The position numbers were made by a program, and so were the translations under genes. Under the pieces are notes generated by a model that was not told the DNA's origin, did not search any database, and saw only the letters and a list, made by a program, of their open reading frames with translations. From contig OZ024743.1 in NCBI GenBank assembly GCA_964016885.1, forward strand, positions 304,792,001 to 304,856,000: a DNA stretch of 64,000 nt. The letters run 5' to 3'. The DNA is from Eledone cirrhosa. Its lineage: Eukaryota. Shown here in pieces: positions 37,301 to 52,300 of this stretch. Numbering within the stretch: position 1 is the first letter of the stretch; each line of letters starts with the position of its first letter.

Positions 37301-40300
37301 ACATAACTAACTGTAATGTAAGTTACATTAAGTGTCATAACAAACTGTAGTGTAAGTTATATTAGGAGCCATAACAAACTGTATTGCAAGTTATATTAGG
37401 GGTCATAACAAACTATAGTGTAAGTTATATTAGGGGTCATAACAAACTGTAATGTAAGTTATATTAAGGCTCATAACATACTGTAATGTTTAGTTATATT
37501 AAGGGTCATAAAAAACTGTAATGTAAGTTATATTAAGGGTCATAACAAACTTTATTGTAAGTTATATTAAGGGTCATAACAAACTGTAATGTAAGTTATA
37601 TTAAGGGTCATAACTGTATTCTAAGTTATATTATGGGTCATAACATACTGTACAGTAAGTTATATTAATGGTCATAACAAACTGTAGTGTAAGTTATATT
37701 AACGGTCATAGCAAACTGTTATGTAAGTTATATTAAGGGTCATAGCAAATATTAATGTATGTGATATTAAGGGACATAACAAACTGTAATGTATATGATA
37801 TTAGGGGTCATAGCAAACTGTAATGTAAGTAATATTAGGGGTTATAACAAACTGTAGTGTAAGTTATATTAAGGATCATAACAAACTCTAGTGTAAGATA
37901 TATTAAGGGTCATAACAAACTATAATGTAAGTTATATTAGGGGCCATAACGAACTGTAATGTAAGTTATATTAAGGGTCATAACAAACTGTATTGTAAGT
38001 TATATTAACGGTTATAACAAAATGTTATGTAAGTTATATTAAGGGTCATAACAAACTGTAATGTAAGTTATATTAGGGGCCATAATAAACTCTAATTTAA
38101 GTTATATTAAGGATCATAACAAACTCTAGTGTAAGATATATTAAGGGTCATAACAAACTGTAATGTATGTTATATTAAGGTCCATAAAAACTGTATTGTA
38201 AGTTATATTAACGGTCATAACAAAATGTTATGTAAGTTATATTAGGGGTCATAACAAACTGTAATGTAAGTTATATTAAGGGTGATAACGAACTTATTTA
38301 GTTATATTAAGGGTCATTGCAAACTGTATTGTAAGTTATAATAAGGGTTATAACTGTATTGAAAAGTATATTAATGGTCATAACATACTGTAATGTAAGT
38401 TATATTAAGGGTCATAACTGTATTGTAAGTTATATTAAGAGTCATAACAAACTGTTATGTTATTTATATTAAGGGACATAACAAACTGTAATATAAGTTA
38501 TATGAAGGGTCATAACATACTGTACATTAAGTTATATTAAGTCTCATAACAAACTGTAGTGTAAGTTATATTATGGGTCATAACAAACTGTAGTGTAAGT
38601 TATATTAAGGGTCATAACAAACTGTAATGTAATTTATATTAAGGGTCATAACAAACTGTAGTGTAAGTTATATTAAGGGTAACAGCAAACTGTAATGTAA
38701 GTGATATTAAGGTACATAACAAACTGTAATGTAAGTGATATTAAGGAACATAATAAATTATAATGTAAGTTACATTAAGGTTCATAACAAACTGTAATGT
38801 AAGTTATACTAGGGGCCATAACGAACTGTAATGTAAGTTATATTAAGGGCCATAACAAACTGTATTGTAAGTTATATTAACGGTCATAACAAAATGTTAT
38901 ATAAGTTATATTATTGGTCATAACAAACTGTAATGTAAGTTATATTAGGGGTCATAACAACCTGTAATGTAAATTATATTAAGGGTCATAACAAACTGTA
39001 ATGTAAGTTATATGAAGGGTCATAACAAACTGTATTGTAAGTTATATTAAGGTTCATAACAAACTGTAATGTAAGTTATATTAAAGGTCATAACAAACTG
39101 TAATGTAAGTTATATTAAGGGTCATAACAAACTTTAATGTAAGTTATATTAAGGGTTATAACTGTATTGCAAGTTATATTAATTGTCATAACATACTATA
39201 ATGTAAGTTATATTAAGATTCATAACAAACTTTATTCTAAGTTTTATTAAGGGTCATAACAAACTATTATCTAAGTTGTATTAAGGGTCATAACTGTATT
39301 GTAAGTTATATTAAGGGTCATAACATACTGTAATGTAAGTGATATTAAGGGACATAACAAACTCTAATATAAGTTATATTAAGGGTCATAACAAACTGTA
39401 ATGTAAGTTATATTGAGGTTCATAACAAACTGTAATGTAAGTTATATTAAGGGTCATAACAAACTATTATGTAAGTTGTATTGAGGGTCATAGCTGTATT
39501 GTAAGTTATATTAAGGGTGATAATATACTGTAATGTAAGTGATATTAAGGGACATAACAAACTGTAATGTAAGTTACATCAAGTGTCATAACACACTGCA
39601 ATGTAAGTTATATTACGGACCATAACAAGCTGTAATGTAAGTTATATTAAGGGTCACAACAAACTGTTTTCTCAGTTATATTATGGGTCATAAGAAAATG
39701 TTATGTAAGTTATATTAAGCGTCATAACAAACTGTTATGTAAGTTATATTAGGGGACATAATAAACTGTAGTGTAAGTTATATTAAGGGTCATAACAAAC
39801 TAATGCAAGTTACATTAAGGGTCATAACAAACGGTAGTGTAAGTTACATTAAGGGTCATAATAGACTGTAGTGTAAGTTATATTAAGGGACATAAACTGT
39901 AATGTGAGTAATATTAAGGGTAATAAACTGTTATGTAAGTTATATTAAGCATCACAGCAAACTGTAACGTAAGTGATATTAAGAGTCATAAGAAACTGTA
40001 ATGTAAATTACATTAAGGGCCATAAGAAACTGCAACGTAAGTTATATTAAGTGTCATAACAAACCGTTATGTAAGTTATATTAAGGGTCATAACAAAATG
40101 TTTTGTCGGTTATATTAAGGGTCATAGCCAACTGTAATGTAAGTGATATTAAGGGACAACAAACTGTAATGTAAGTTACATTAAGCGTCATAACAAACTC
40201 TAATGTAATTTATATTAGAGGCCATAACAAACTGTAATGTAAGTTATATTAAGGGTCATAACAAACTGTATTGTAATTTATATTAACGGTCATAACATAA

Positions 40301-43300
40301 TGTTATGTAAGTTATATTAGGGGTCATAACAAACTGTAATGTAAGCTATATTAAGGTTCATAACAAACTTTATTGTAAGTTTTATTAAGGGTCATAACAA
40401 ACTATTATGTAACTTATATAAGGGTCATAACTGTATTGTAAGTTATATTAAGGGTCATAACATACTGTAATGTAAGTGATATTAAGGGACATAACAAACT
40501 GTAGTGTAAGTTACATTAAGTGTCATAACAAACTGTAGTGTAAGTTATATTAGGAGCCATAACAAACTGTATTGCTAGTTATATTAGGGGTCATAACAAA
40601 CTATAGTGTAAGTTATATTAGGGGTCATAACAAACTGTAGTGTAAGTTATATTAAGGTTCATAATAAAATTAAATGTAAGGTATATTAGGGCTCATAACA
40701 AACTGTAATGTAAGTTATATTAAGGGTCATAAAAAACTGTAATGTAAGTTATATTAAGGGTCATAACTAACTTTATTGTAAGTTATATTAAGGGTCATAA
40801 CAAACTGTAATGTAAGTTATATTAAGGGTCATAACTGTATTCTAAGTTATATTATGGGTCATAACATACTGTACAGCAAGTTATATTAATGGTCATAACA
40901 AACTGTAGTGTAAGTTATATTAACGGTCATAGCAAACTGTTATGTAAGTTATATTAAGGGTCATAGCAAATATTAATGTAAGTGATATTAAGGGACACAA
41001 CAAACTGTAATGTAAGTGATATTAGGGGTAATAGCAAACTGTAATGTAAGTAATATTAGGGGTTATAACAAACTGTAGTGTAAGTTATATTAAGGATCAG
41101 AACAAACTCTAGTGTAAGATATATTACGGGTCATAACAAACTGTAATGTAAGTTATATTAGGGCCCATAACGAACTGTAATGTAAGTTATATTAAGGGTC
41201 ATAACAAACTGTATTGTAAGTTATATTAACGGTTATAACAAAATGTTATGTAAGTTATATTAAGGGTCATAACAAACTGTAATGTAAGTTATATTAGGGG
41301 CCATAACAAACTCTAATATAAGTTATATTAAGGATGATAACAAACTCTAGTGTAAGATATATTAAGGGTCATAACAAACTGTAATGTATGTTATATTAAG
41401 GGCCATAAAACTGTATTGTAAGTTATATTAACGGTCATAACAAAATGTTATGTAAGTTATATTAGGGGTCATAACAAACTGTAGTGTAAGTTATATTAAG
41501 GGTGATAATATACTGTAATGTAAGTGATATTAAGGGACATAACAAACTCTAATATAAGTTATATTAAGGGTCATAACAAACTGTAATGTAAGTTATATTA
41601 AGGGTCATAACAAACTATTATGTAAGTTGTATTGAGGGTCATAGCTGTATTGTAAGTTATATTAAGGGTGATAATATACTGTAATGTAAGTGATATTAAG
41701 GGACATAACAAACTGTAATGTAAGTTACATCAAGTGTCATAACACACTGCAATGTAAGTTATATTACGGACCATAACAAGCTGTAATGTAAGTTATATTA
41801 AGGGTCACAACAAACTGTTTTCTCAGTTATATTATGGGTCATAAGAAAATGTTATGTAAGTTATATTAAGCGTCATAACAAACTGTTATGTAAGTTATAT
41901 TAGGGGACATAATAAACTGTAGTGTAAGTTATATTAAGGGTCATAACAAACTAATGCAAGTTACATTAAGGGTCATAACAAACGGTAGTGTAAGTTACAT
42001 TAAGGGTCATAATAGACTGTAGTGTAAGTTATATTAAGGGACATAAACTGTAATGTGAGTAATATTAAGGGTAATAAACTGTTATGTAAGTTATATTAAG
42101 CATCACAGCAAACTGTAACGTAAGTGATATTAAGAGTCATAAGAAACTGTAATGTAAATTACATTAAGGGCCATAAGAAACTGCAACGTAAGTTATATTA
42201 AGTGTCATAACAAACCGTTATGTAAGTTATATTAAGGGTCATAACAAAATGTTTTGTCGGTTATATTAAGGGTCATAGCCAACTGTAATGTAAGTGATAT
42301 TAAGGGACAACAAACTGTAATGTAAGTTACATTAAGCGTCATAACAAACTCTAATGTAATTTATATTAGAGGCCATAACAAACTGTAATGTAAGTTATAT
42401 TAAGGGTCATAACAAACTGTATTGTAATTTATATTAACGGTCATAACATAATGTTATGTAAGTTATATTAGGGGTCATAACAAACTGTAATGTAAGCTAT
42501 ATTAAGGTTCATAACAAACTTTATTGTAAGTTTTATTAAGGGTCATAACAAACTATTATGTAACTTATATAAGGGTCATAACTGTATTGTAAGTTATATT
42601 AAGGGTCATAACATACTGTAATGTAAGTGATATTAAGGGACATAACAAACTGTAGTGTAAGTTACATTAAGTGTCATAACAAACTGTAGTGTAAGTTATA
42701 TTAGGAGCCATAACAAACTGTATTGCTAGTTATATTAGGGGTCATAACAAACTATAGTGTAAGTTATATTAGGGGCCATAACGAACTGTAATGTAAGTTA
42801 TATTAAGGGTCATAACAAACTGTATTGTAAGTTATATTAACGGTTATAACAAAATGTTATGTAAGTTATATTAAGGGTCATAACAAACTGTAATGTAAGT
42901 TATATTAGGGGCCATAATAAACTCTAATTTAAGTTATATTAAGGATCATAACAAACTCTAGTGTAAGATATATTAAGGGTCATAACAAACTGTAATGTAT
43001 GTTATATTAAGGTCCATAAAAACTGTATTGTAAGTTATATTAACGGTCATAACAAAATGTTATGTAAGTTATATTAGGGGTCATAACAAACTGTAATGTA
43101 AGTTATATTAAGGGTGATAACGAACTTATTTAGTTATATTAAGGGTCATTGCAAACTGTATTGTAAGTTATAATAAGGGTTATAACTGTATTGAAAAGTA
43201 TATTAATGGTCATAACATACTGTAATGTAAGTTATATTAAGGGTCATAACTGTATTGTAAGTTATATTAAGAGTCATAACAAACTGTTATGTTATTTATA

Positions 43301-46300
43301 TTAAGGGACATAACAAACTGTAATATAAGTTATATGAAGGGTCATAACATACTGTACATTAAGTTATATTAAGTCTCATAACAAACTGTAGTGTAAGTTA
43401 TATTATGGGTCATAACAAACTGTAGTGTAAGTTATATTAAGGGTCATAACAAACTGTAATGTAATTTATATTAAGGGTCATAACAAACTGTAGTGTAAGT
43501 TATATTAAGGGTAACAGCAAACTGTAATGTAAGTGATATTAAGGTACATAACAAACTGTAATGTAAGTGATATTAAGGAACATAATAAATTATAATGTAA
43601 GTTACATTAAGGTTCATAACAAACTGTAATGTAAGTTATACTAGGGGCCATAACGAACTGTAATGTAAGTTATATTAAGGGCCATAACAAACTGTATTGT
43701 AAGTTATATTAACGGTCATAACAAAATGTTATATAAGTTATATTATTGGTCATAACAAACTGTAATGTAAGTTATATTAGGGGTCATAACAACCTGTAAT
43801 GTAAATTATATTAAGGGTCATAACAAACTGTAATGTAAGTTATATGAAGGGTCATAACAAACTGTATTGTAAGTTATATTAAGGTTCATAACAAACTGTA
43901 ATGTAAGTTATATTAAAGGTCATAACAAACTGTAATGTAAGTTATATTAAGGGTCATAACAAACTTTAATGTAAGTTATATTAAGGGTTATAACTGTATT
44001 GCAAGTTATATTAATTGTCATAACATACTATAATGTAAGTTATATTAAGATTCATAACAAACTTTATTCTAAGTTTTATTAAGGGTCATAACAAACTATT
44101 ATCTAAGTTGTATTAAGGGTCATAACTGTATTGTAAGTTATATTAAGGGTCATAACATACTGTAATGTAAGTGATATTAAGGGACATAACAAACTCTAAT
44201 ATAAGTTATATTAAGGGTCATAACAAACTGTAATGTAAGTTATATTGAGGTTCATAACAAACTGTAATGTAAGTTATATTAAGGGTCATAACAAACTATT
44301 ATGTAAGTTGTATTGAGGGTCATAGCTGTATTGTAAGTTATATTAAGGGTGATAATATACTGTAATGTAAGTGATATTAAGGGACATAACAAACTGTAAT
44401 GTAAGTTACATCAAGTGTCATAACACACTGCAATGTAAGTTATATTACGGACCATAACAAGCTGTAATGTAAGTTATATTAAGGGTCACAACAAACTGTT
44501 TTCTCAGTTATATTATGGGTCATAAGAAAATGTTATGTAAGTTATATTAAGCGTCATAACAAACTGTTATGTAAGTTATATTAGGGGACATAATAAACTG
44601 TAGTGTAAGTTATATTAAGGGTCATAACAAACTAATGCAAGTTACATTAAGGGTCATAACAAACGGTAGTGTAAGTTACATTAAGGGTCATAATAGACTG
44701 TAGTGTAAGTTATATTAAGGGACATAAACTGTAATGTGAGTAATATTAAGGGTAATAAACTGTTATGTAAGTTATATTAAGCATCACAGCAAACTGTAAC
44801 GTAAGTGATATTAAGAGTCATAAGAAACTGTAATGTAAATTACATTAAGGGCCATAAGAAACTGCAACGTAAGTTATATTAAGTGTCATAACAAACCGTT
44901 ATGTAAGTTATATTAAGGGTCATAACAAAATGTTTTGGCGGTTATATTAAGGGTCATAGCCAACTGTAATGTAAGTGATATTAAGGGACAACAAACTGTA
45001 ATGTAAGTTACATTAAGCGTCATAACAAACTCTAATGTAATTTATATTAGAGGCCATAACAAACTGTAATGTAAGTTATATTAAGGGTCATAACAAACTG
45101 TATTGTAATTTATATTAACGGTCATAACATAATGTTATGTAAGTTATATTAGGGGTCATAACAAACTGTAATGTAAGCTATATTAAGGTTCATAACAAAC
45201 TTTATTGTAAGTTTTATTAAGGGTCATAACAAACTATTATGTAACTTATATAAGGGTCATAACTGTATTGTAAGTTATATTAAGGGTCATAACATACTGT
45301 AATGTAAGTGATATTAAGGGACATAACAAACTGTAGTGTAAGTTACATTAAGTGTCATAACAAACTGTAGTGTAAGTTATATTAGGAGCCATAACAAACT
45401 GTATTGCTAGTTATATTAGGGGTCATAACAAACTATAGTGTAAGTTATATTAGGGGTCATAACAAACTGTAGTGTAAGTTATATTAAGGTTCATAATAAA
45501 ATTAAATGTAAGGTATATTAGGGCTCATAACAAACTGTAATGTAAGTTATATTAAGGGTCATAAAAAACTGTAATGTAAGTTATATTAAGGGTCATAACT
45601 AACTTTATTGTAAGTTATATTAAGGGTCATAACAAACTGTAATGTAAGTTATATTAAGGGTCATAACTGTATTCTAAGTTATATTATGGGTCATAACATA
45701 CTGTACAGTAAGTTATATTAATGGTCATAACAAACTGTAGTGTAAGTTATATTAACGGTCATAGCAAACTGTTATGTAAGTTATATTAAGGGTCATAGCA
45801 AATATTAATGTATGTGATATTAAGGGACATAACAAACTGTAATGTATATGATATTAGGGGTCATAGCAAACTGTAATGTAAGTAATATTAGGGGTTATAA
45901 CAAACTGTAGTGTAAGTTATATTAAGGATCATAACAAACTCTAGTGTAAGATATATTAAGGGTCATAACAAACTATAATGTAAGTTATATTAGGGGCCAT
46001 AACGAACTGTAATGTAAGTTATATTAAGGGTCATAACAAACTGTATTGTAAGTTATATTAACGGTTATAACAAAATGTTATGTAAGTTATATTAAGGGTC
46101 ATAACAAACTGTAATGTAAGTTATATTAGGGGCCATAATAAACTCTAATTTAAGTTATATTAAGGATCATAACAAACTCTAGTGTAAGATATATTAAGGG
46201 TCATAACAAACTGTAATGTATGTTATATTAAGGTCCATAAAAACTGTATTGTAAGTTATATTAACGGTCATAACAAAATGTTATGTAAGTTATATTAGGG

Positions 46301-49300
46301 GTCATAACAAACTGTAATGTAAGTTATATTAAGGGTGATAACGAACTTATTTAGTTATATTAAGGGTCATTGCAAACTGTATTGTAAGTTATAATAAGGG
46401 TTATAACTGTATTGAAAAGTATATTAATGGTCATAACATACTGTAATGTAAGTTATATTAAGGGTCATAACTGTATTGTAAGTTATATTAAGAGTCATAA
46501 CAAACTGTTATGTTATTTATATTAAGGGACATAACAAACTGTAATATAAGTTATATGAAGGGTCATAACATACTGTACATTAAGTTATATTAAGTCTCAT
46601 AACAAACTGTAGTGTAAGTTATATTATGGGTCATAACAAACTGTAGTGTAAGTTATATTAAGGGTCATAACAAACTGTAATGTAATTTATATTAAGGGTC
46701 ATAACAAACTGTAGTGTAAGTTATATTAAGGGTAACAGCAAACTGTAATGTAAGTGATATTAAGGTACATAACAAACTGTAATGTAAGTGATATTAAGGA
46801 ACATAATAAATTATAATGTAAGTTACATTAAGGTTCATAACAAACTGTAATGTAAGTTATACTAGGGGCCATAACGAACTGTAATGTAAGTTATATTAAG
46901 GGCCATAACAAACTGTATTGTAAGTTATATTAACGGTCATAACAAAATGTTATATAAGTTATATTATTGGTCATAACAAACTGTAATGTAAGTTATATTA
47001 GGGGTCATAACAACCTGTAATGTAAATTATATTAAGGGTCATAACAAACTGTAATGTAAGTTATATGAAGGGTCATAACAAACTGTATTGTAAGTTATAT
47101 TAAGGTTCATAACAAACTGTAATGTAAGTTATATTAAAGGTCATAACAAACTGTAATGTAAGTTATATTAAGGGTCATAACAAACTTTAATGTAAGTTAT
47201 ATTAAGGGTTATAACTGTATTGCAAGTTATATTAATTGTCATAACATACTATAATGTAAGTTATATTAAGATTCATAACAAACTTTATTCTAAGTTTTAT
47301 TAAGGGTCATAACAAACTATTATCTAAGTTGTATTAAGGGTCATAACTGTATTGTAAGTTATATTAAGGGTCATAACATACTGTAATGTAAGTGATATTA
47401 AGGGACATAACAAACTCTAATATAAGTTATATTAAGGGTCATAACAAACTGTAATGTAAGTTATATTGAGGTTCATAACAAACTGTAATGTAAGTTATAT
47501 TAAGGGTCATAACAAACTATTATGTAAGTTGTATTGAGGGTCATAGCTGTATTGTAAGTTATATTAAGGGTGATAATATACTGTAATGTAAGTGATATTA
47601 AGGGACATAACAAACTGTAATGTAAGTTACATCAAGTGTCATAACACACTGCAATGTAAGTTATATTACGGACCATAACAAGCTGTAATGTAAGTTATAT
47701 TAAGGGTCACAACAAACTGTTTTCTCAGTTATATTATGGGTCATAAGAAAATGTTATGTAAGTTATATTAAGCGTCATAACAAACTGTTATGTAAGTTAT
47801 ATTAGGGGACATAATAAACTGTAGTGTAAGTTATATTAAGGGTCATAACAAACTAATGCAAGTTACATTAAGGGTCATAACAAACGGTAGTGTAAGTTAC
47901 ATTAAGGGTCATAATAGACTGTAGTGTAAGTTATATTAAGGGACATAAACTGTAATGTGAGTAATATTAAGGGTAATAAACTGTTATGTAAGTTATATTA
48001 AGCATCACAGCAAACTGTAACGTAAGTGATATTAAGAGTCATAAGAAACTGTAATGTAAATTACATTAAGGGCCATAAGAAACTGCAACGTAAGTTATAT
48101 TAAGTGTCATAACAAACCGTTATGTAAGTTATATTAAGGGTCATAACAAAATGTTTTGTCGGTTATATTAAGGGTCATAGCCAACTGTAATGTAAGTGAT
48201 ATTAAGGGACAACAAACTGTAATGTAAGTTACATTAAGCGTCATAACAAACTCTAATGTAATTTATATTAGAGGCCATAACAAACTGTAATGTAAGTTAT
48301 ATTAAGGGTCATAACAAACTGTATTGTAATTTATATTAACGGTCATAACATAATGTTATGTAAGTTATATTAGGGGTCATAACAAACTGTAATGTAAGCT
48401 ATATTAAGGTTCATAACAAACTTTATTGTAAGTTTTATTAAGGGTCATAACAAACTATTATGTAACTTATATAAGGGTCATAACTGTATTGTAAGTTATA
48501 TTAAGGGTCATAACATACTGTAATGTAAGTGATATTAAGGGACATAACAAACTGTAGTGTAAGTTACATTAAGTGTCATAACAAACTGTAGTGTAAGTTA
48601 TATTAGGAGCCATAACAAACTGTATTGCTAGTTATATTAGGGGTCATAACAAACTATAGTGTAAGTTATATTAGGGGTCATAACAAACTGTAGTGTAAGT
48701 TATATTAAGGTTCATAATAAAATTAAATGTAAGGTATATTAGGGCTCATAACAAACTGTAATGTAAGTTATATTAAGGGTCATAAAAAACTGTAATGTAA
48801 GTTATATTAAGGGTCATAACTAACTTTATTGTAAGTTATATTAAGGGTCATAACAAACTGTAATGTAAGTTATATTAAGGGTCATAACTGTATTCTAAGT
48901 TATATTATGGGTCATAACATACTGTACAGCAAGTTATATTAATGGTCATAACAAACTGTAGTGTAAGTTATATTAACGGTCATAGCAAACTGTTATGTAA
49001 GTTATATTAAGGGTCATAGCAAATATTAATGTAAGTGATATTAAGGGACACAACAAACTGTAATGTAAGTGATATTAGGGGTAATAGCAAACTGTAATGT
49101 AAGTAATATTAGGGGTTATAACAAACTGTAGTGTAAGTTATATTAAGGATCAGAACAAACTCTAGTGTAAGATATATTACGGGTCATAACAAACTGTAAT
49201 GTAAGTTATATTAGGGCCCATAACGAACTGTAATGTAAGTTATATTAAGGGTCATAACAAACTGTATTGTAAGTTATATTAACGGTTATAACAAAATGTT

Positions 49301-52300
49301 ATGTAAGTTATATTAAGGGTCATAACAAACTGTAATGTAAGTTATATTAGGGGCCATAACAAACTCTAATATAAGTTATATTAAGGATGATAACAAACTC
49401 TAGTGTAAGATATATTAAGGGTCATAACAAACTGTAATGTATGTTATATTAAGGGCCATAAAAACTGTATTGTAAGTTATATTAACGGTCATAACAAAAT
49501 GTTATGTAAGTTATATTAGGGGTCATAACAAACTGTAGTGTAAGTTATATTAAGGGTGATAATATACTGTAATGTAAGTGATATTAAGGGACATAACAAA
49601 CTCTAATATAAGTTATATTAAGGGTCATAACAAACTGTAATGTAAGTTATATTGAGGTTCATAACAAACTGTAATGTAAGTTATATTAAGGGTCATAACA
49701 AACTATTATGTAAGTTGTATTGAGGGTCATAGCTGTATTGTAAGTTATATTAAGGGTGATAATATACTGTAATGTAAGTGATATTAAGGGACATAACAAA
49801 CTGTAATGTAAGTTACATCAAGTGTCATAACACACTGCAATGTAAGTTATATTACGGACCATAACAAGCTGTAATGTAAGTTATATTAAGGGTCACAACA
49901 AACTGTTTTCTCAGTTATATTATGGGTCATAAGAAAATGTTATGTAAGTTATATTAAGCGTCATAACAAACTGTTATGTAAGTTATATTAGGGGACATAA
50001 TAAACTGTAGTGTAAGTTATATTAAGGGTCATAACAAACTAATGCAAGTTACATTAAGGGTCATAACAAACGGTAGTGTAAGTTACATTAAGGGTCATAA
50101 TAGACTGTAGTGTAAGTTATATTAAGGGACATAAACTGTAATGTGAGTAATATTAAGGGTAATAAACTGTTATGTAAGTTATATTAAGCATCACAGCAAA
50201 CTGTAACGTAAGTGATATTAAGAGTCATAAGAAACTGTAATGTAAATTACATTAAGGGCCATAAGAAACTGCAACGTAAGTTATATTAAGTGTCATAACA
50301 AACCGTTATGTAAGTTATATTAAGGGTCATAACAAAATGTTTTGTCGGTTATATTAAGGGTCATAGCCAACTGTAATGTAAGTGATATTAAGGGACAACA
50401 AACTGTAATGTAAGTTACATTAAGCGTCATAACAAACTCTAATGTAATTTATATTAGAGGCCATAACAAACTGTAATGTAAGTTATATTAAGGGTCATAA
50501 CAAACTGTATTGTAATTTATATTAACGGTCATAACATAATGTTATGTAAGTTATATTAGGGGTCATAACAAACTGTAATGTAAGCTATATTAAGGTTCAT
50601 AACAAACTTTATTGTAAGTTTTATTAAGGGTCATAACAAACTATTATGTAACTTATATAAGGGTCATAACTGTATTGTAAGTTATATTAAGGGTCATAAC
50701 ATACTGTAATGTAAGTGATATTAAGGGACATAACAAACTGTAGTGTAAGTTACATTAAGTGTCATAACAAACTGTAGTGTAAGTTATATTAGGAGCCATA
50801 ACAAACTGTATTGCTAGTTATATTAGGGGTCATAACAAACTATAGTGTAAGTTATATTAGGGGTCATAACAAACTGTAGTGTAAGTTATATTAAGGTTCA
50901 TAATAAAATTAAATGTAAGGTATATTAGGGCTCATAACAAACTGTAATGTAAGTTATATTAAGGGTCATAAAAAACTGTAATGTAAGTTATATTAAGGGT
51001 CATAACTAACTTTATTGTAAGTTATATTAAGGGTCATAACAAACTGTAATGTAAGTTATATTAAGGGTCATAACTGTATTCTAAGTTATATTATGGGTCA
51101 TAACATACTGTACAGCAAGTTATATTAATGGTCATAACAAACTGTAGTGTAAGTTATATTAACGGTCATAGCAAACTGTTATGTAAGTTATATTAAGGGT
51201 CATAGCAAATATTAATGTAAGTGATATTAAGGGACACAACAAACTGTAATGTAAGTGATATTAGGGGTAATAGCAAACTGTAATGTAAGTAATATTAGGG
51301 GTTATAACAAACTGTAGTGTAAGTTATATTAAGGATCAGAACAAACTCTAGTGTAAGATATATTACGGGTCATAACAAACTGTAATGTAAGTTATATTAG
51401 GGCCCATAACGAACTGTAATGTAAGTTATATTAAGGGTCATAACAAACTGTATTGTAAGTTATATTAACGGTTATAACAAAATGTTATGTAAGTTATATT
51501 AAGGGTCATAACAAACTGTAATGTAAGTTATATTAGGGGCCATAACAAACTCTAATATAAGTTATATTAAGGATGATAACAAACTCTAGTGTAAGATATA
51601 TTAAGGGTCATAACAAACTGTAATGTATGTTATATTAAGGGCCATAAAAACTGTATTGTAAGTTATATTAACGGTCATAACAAAATGTTATGTAAGTTAT
51701 ATTAGGGGTCATAACAAACTGTAGTGTAAGTTATATTAAGGGTGATAATATACTGTAATGTAAGTGATATTAAGGGACATAACAAACTCTAATATAAGTT
51801 ATATTAAGGGTCATAACAAACTGTAATGTAAGTTATATTGAGGTTCATAACAAACTGTAATGTAAGTTATATTAAGGGTCATAACAAATTGTAGTGTAAG
51901 TTATATTAAGGGTCATAACAAACTGTAATGTAATTTATATTAAGGGTCATAACAAACTGTAGTGTAAGTTATATTAAGGGTAACAGCAAACTGTAATGTA
52001 AGTGATATTAAGGTACATAACAAACTGTAATGTAAGTGATATTAAGGAACATAATAAATTATAATGTAAGTTACATTAAGGTTCATAACAAACTGTAATG
52101 TAAGTTATACTAGGGGCCATAACGAACTGTAATGTAAGTTATATTAAGGGCCATAACAAACTGTATTGTAAGTTATATTAACGGTCATAACAAAATGTTA
52201 TATAAGTTATATTATTGGTCATAACAAACTGTAATGTAAGTTATATTAGGGGTCATAACAACCTGTAATGTAAATTATATTAAGGGTCATAACAAACTGT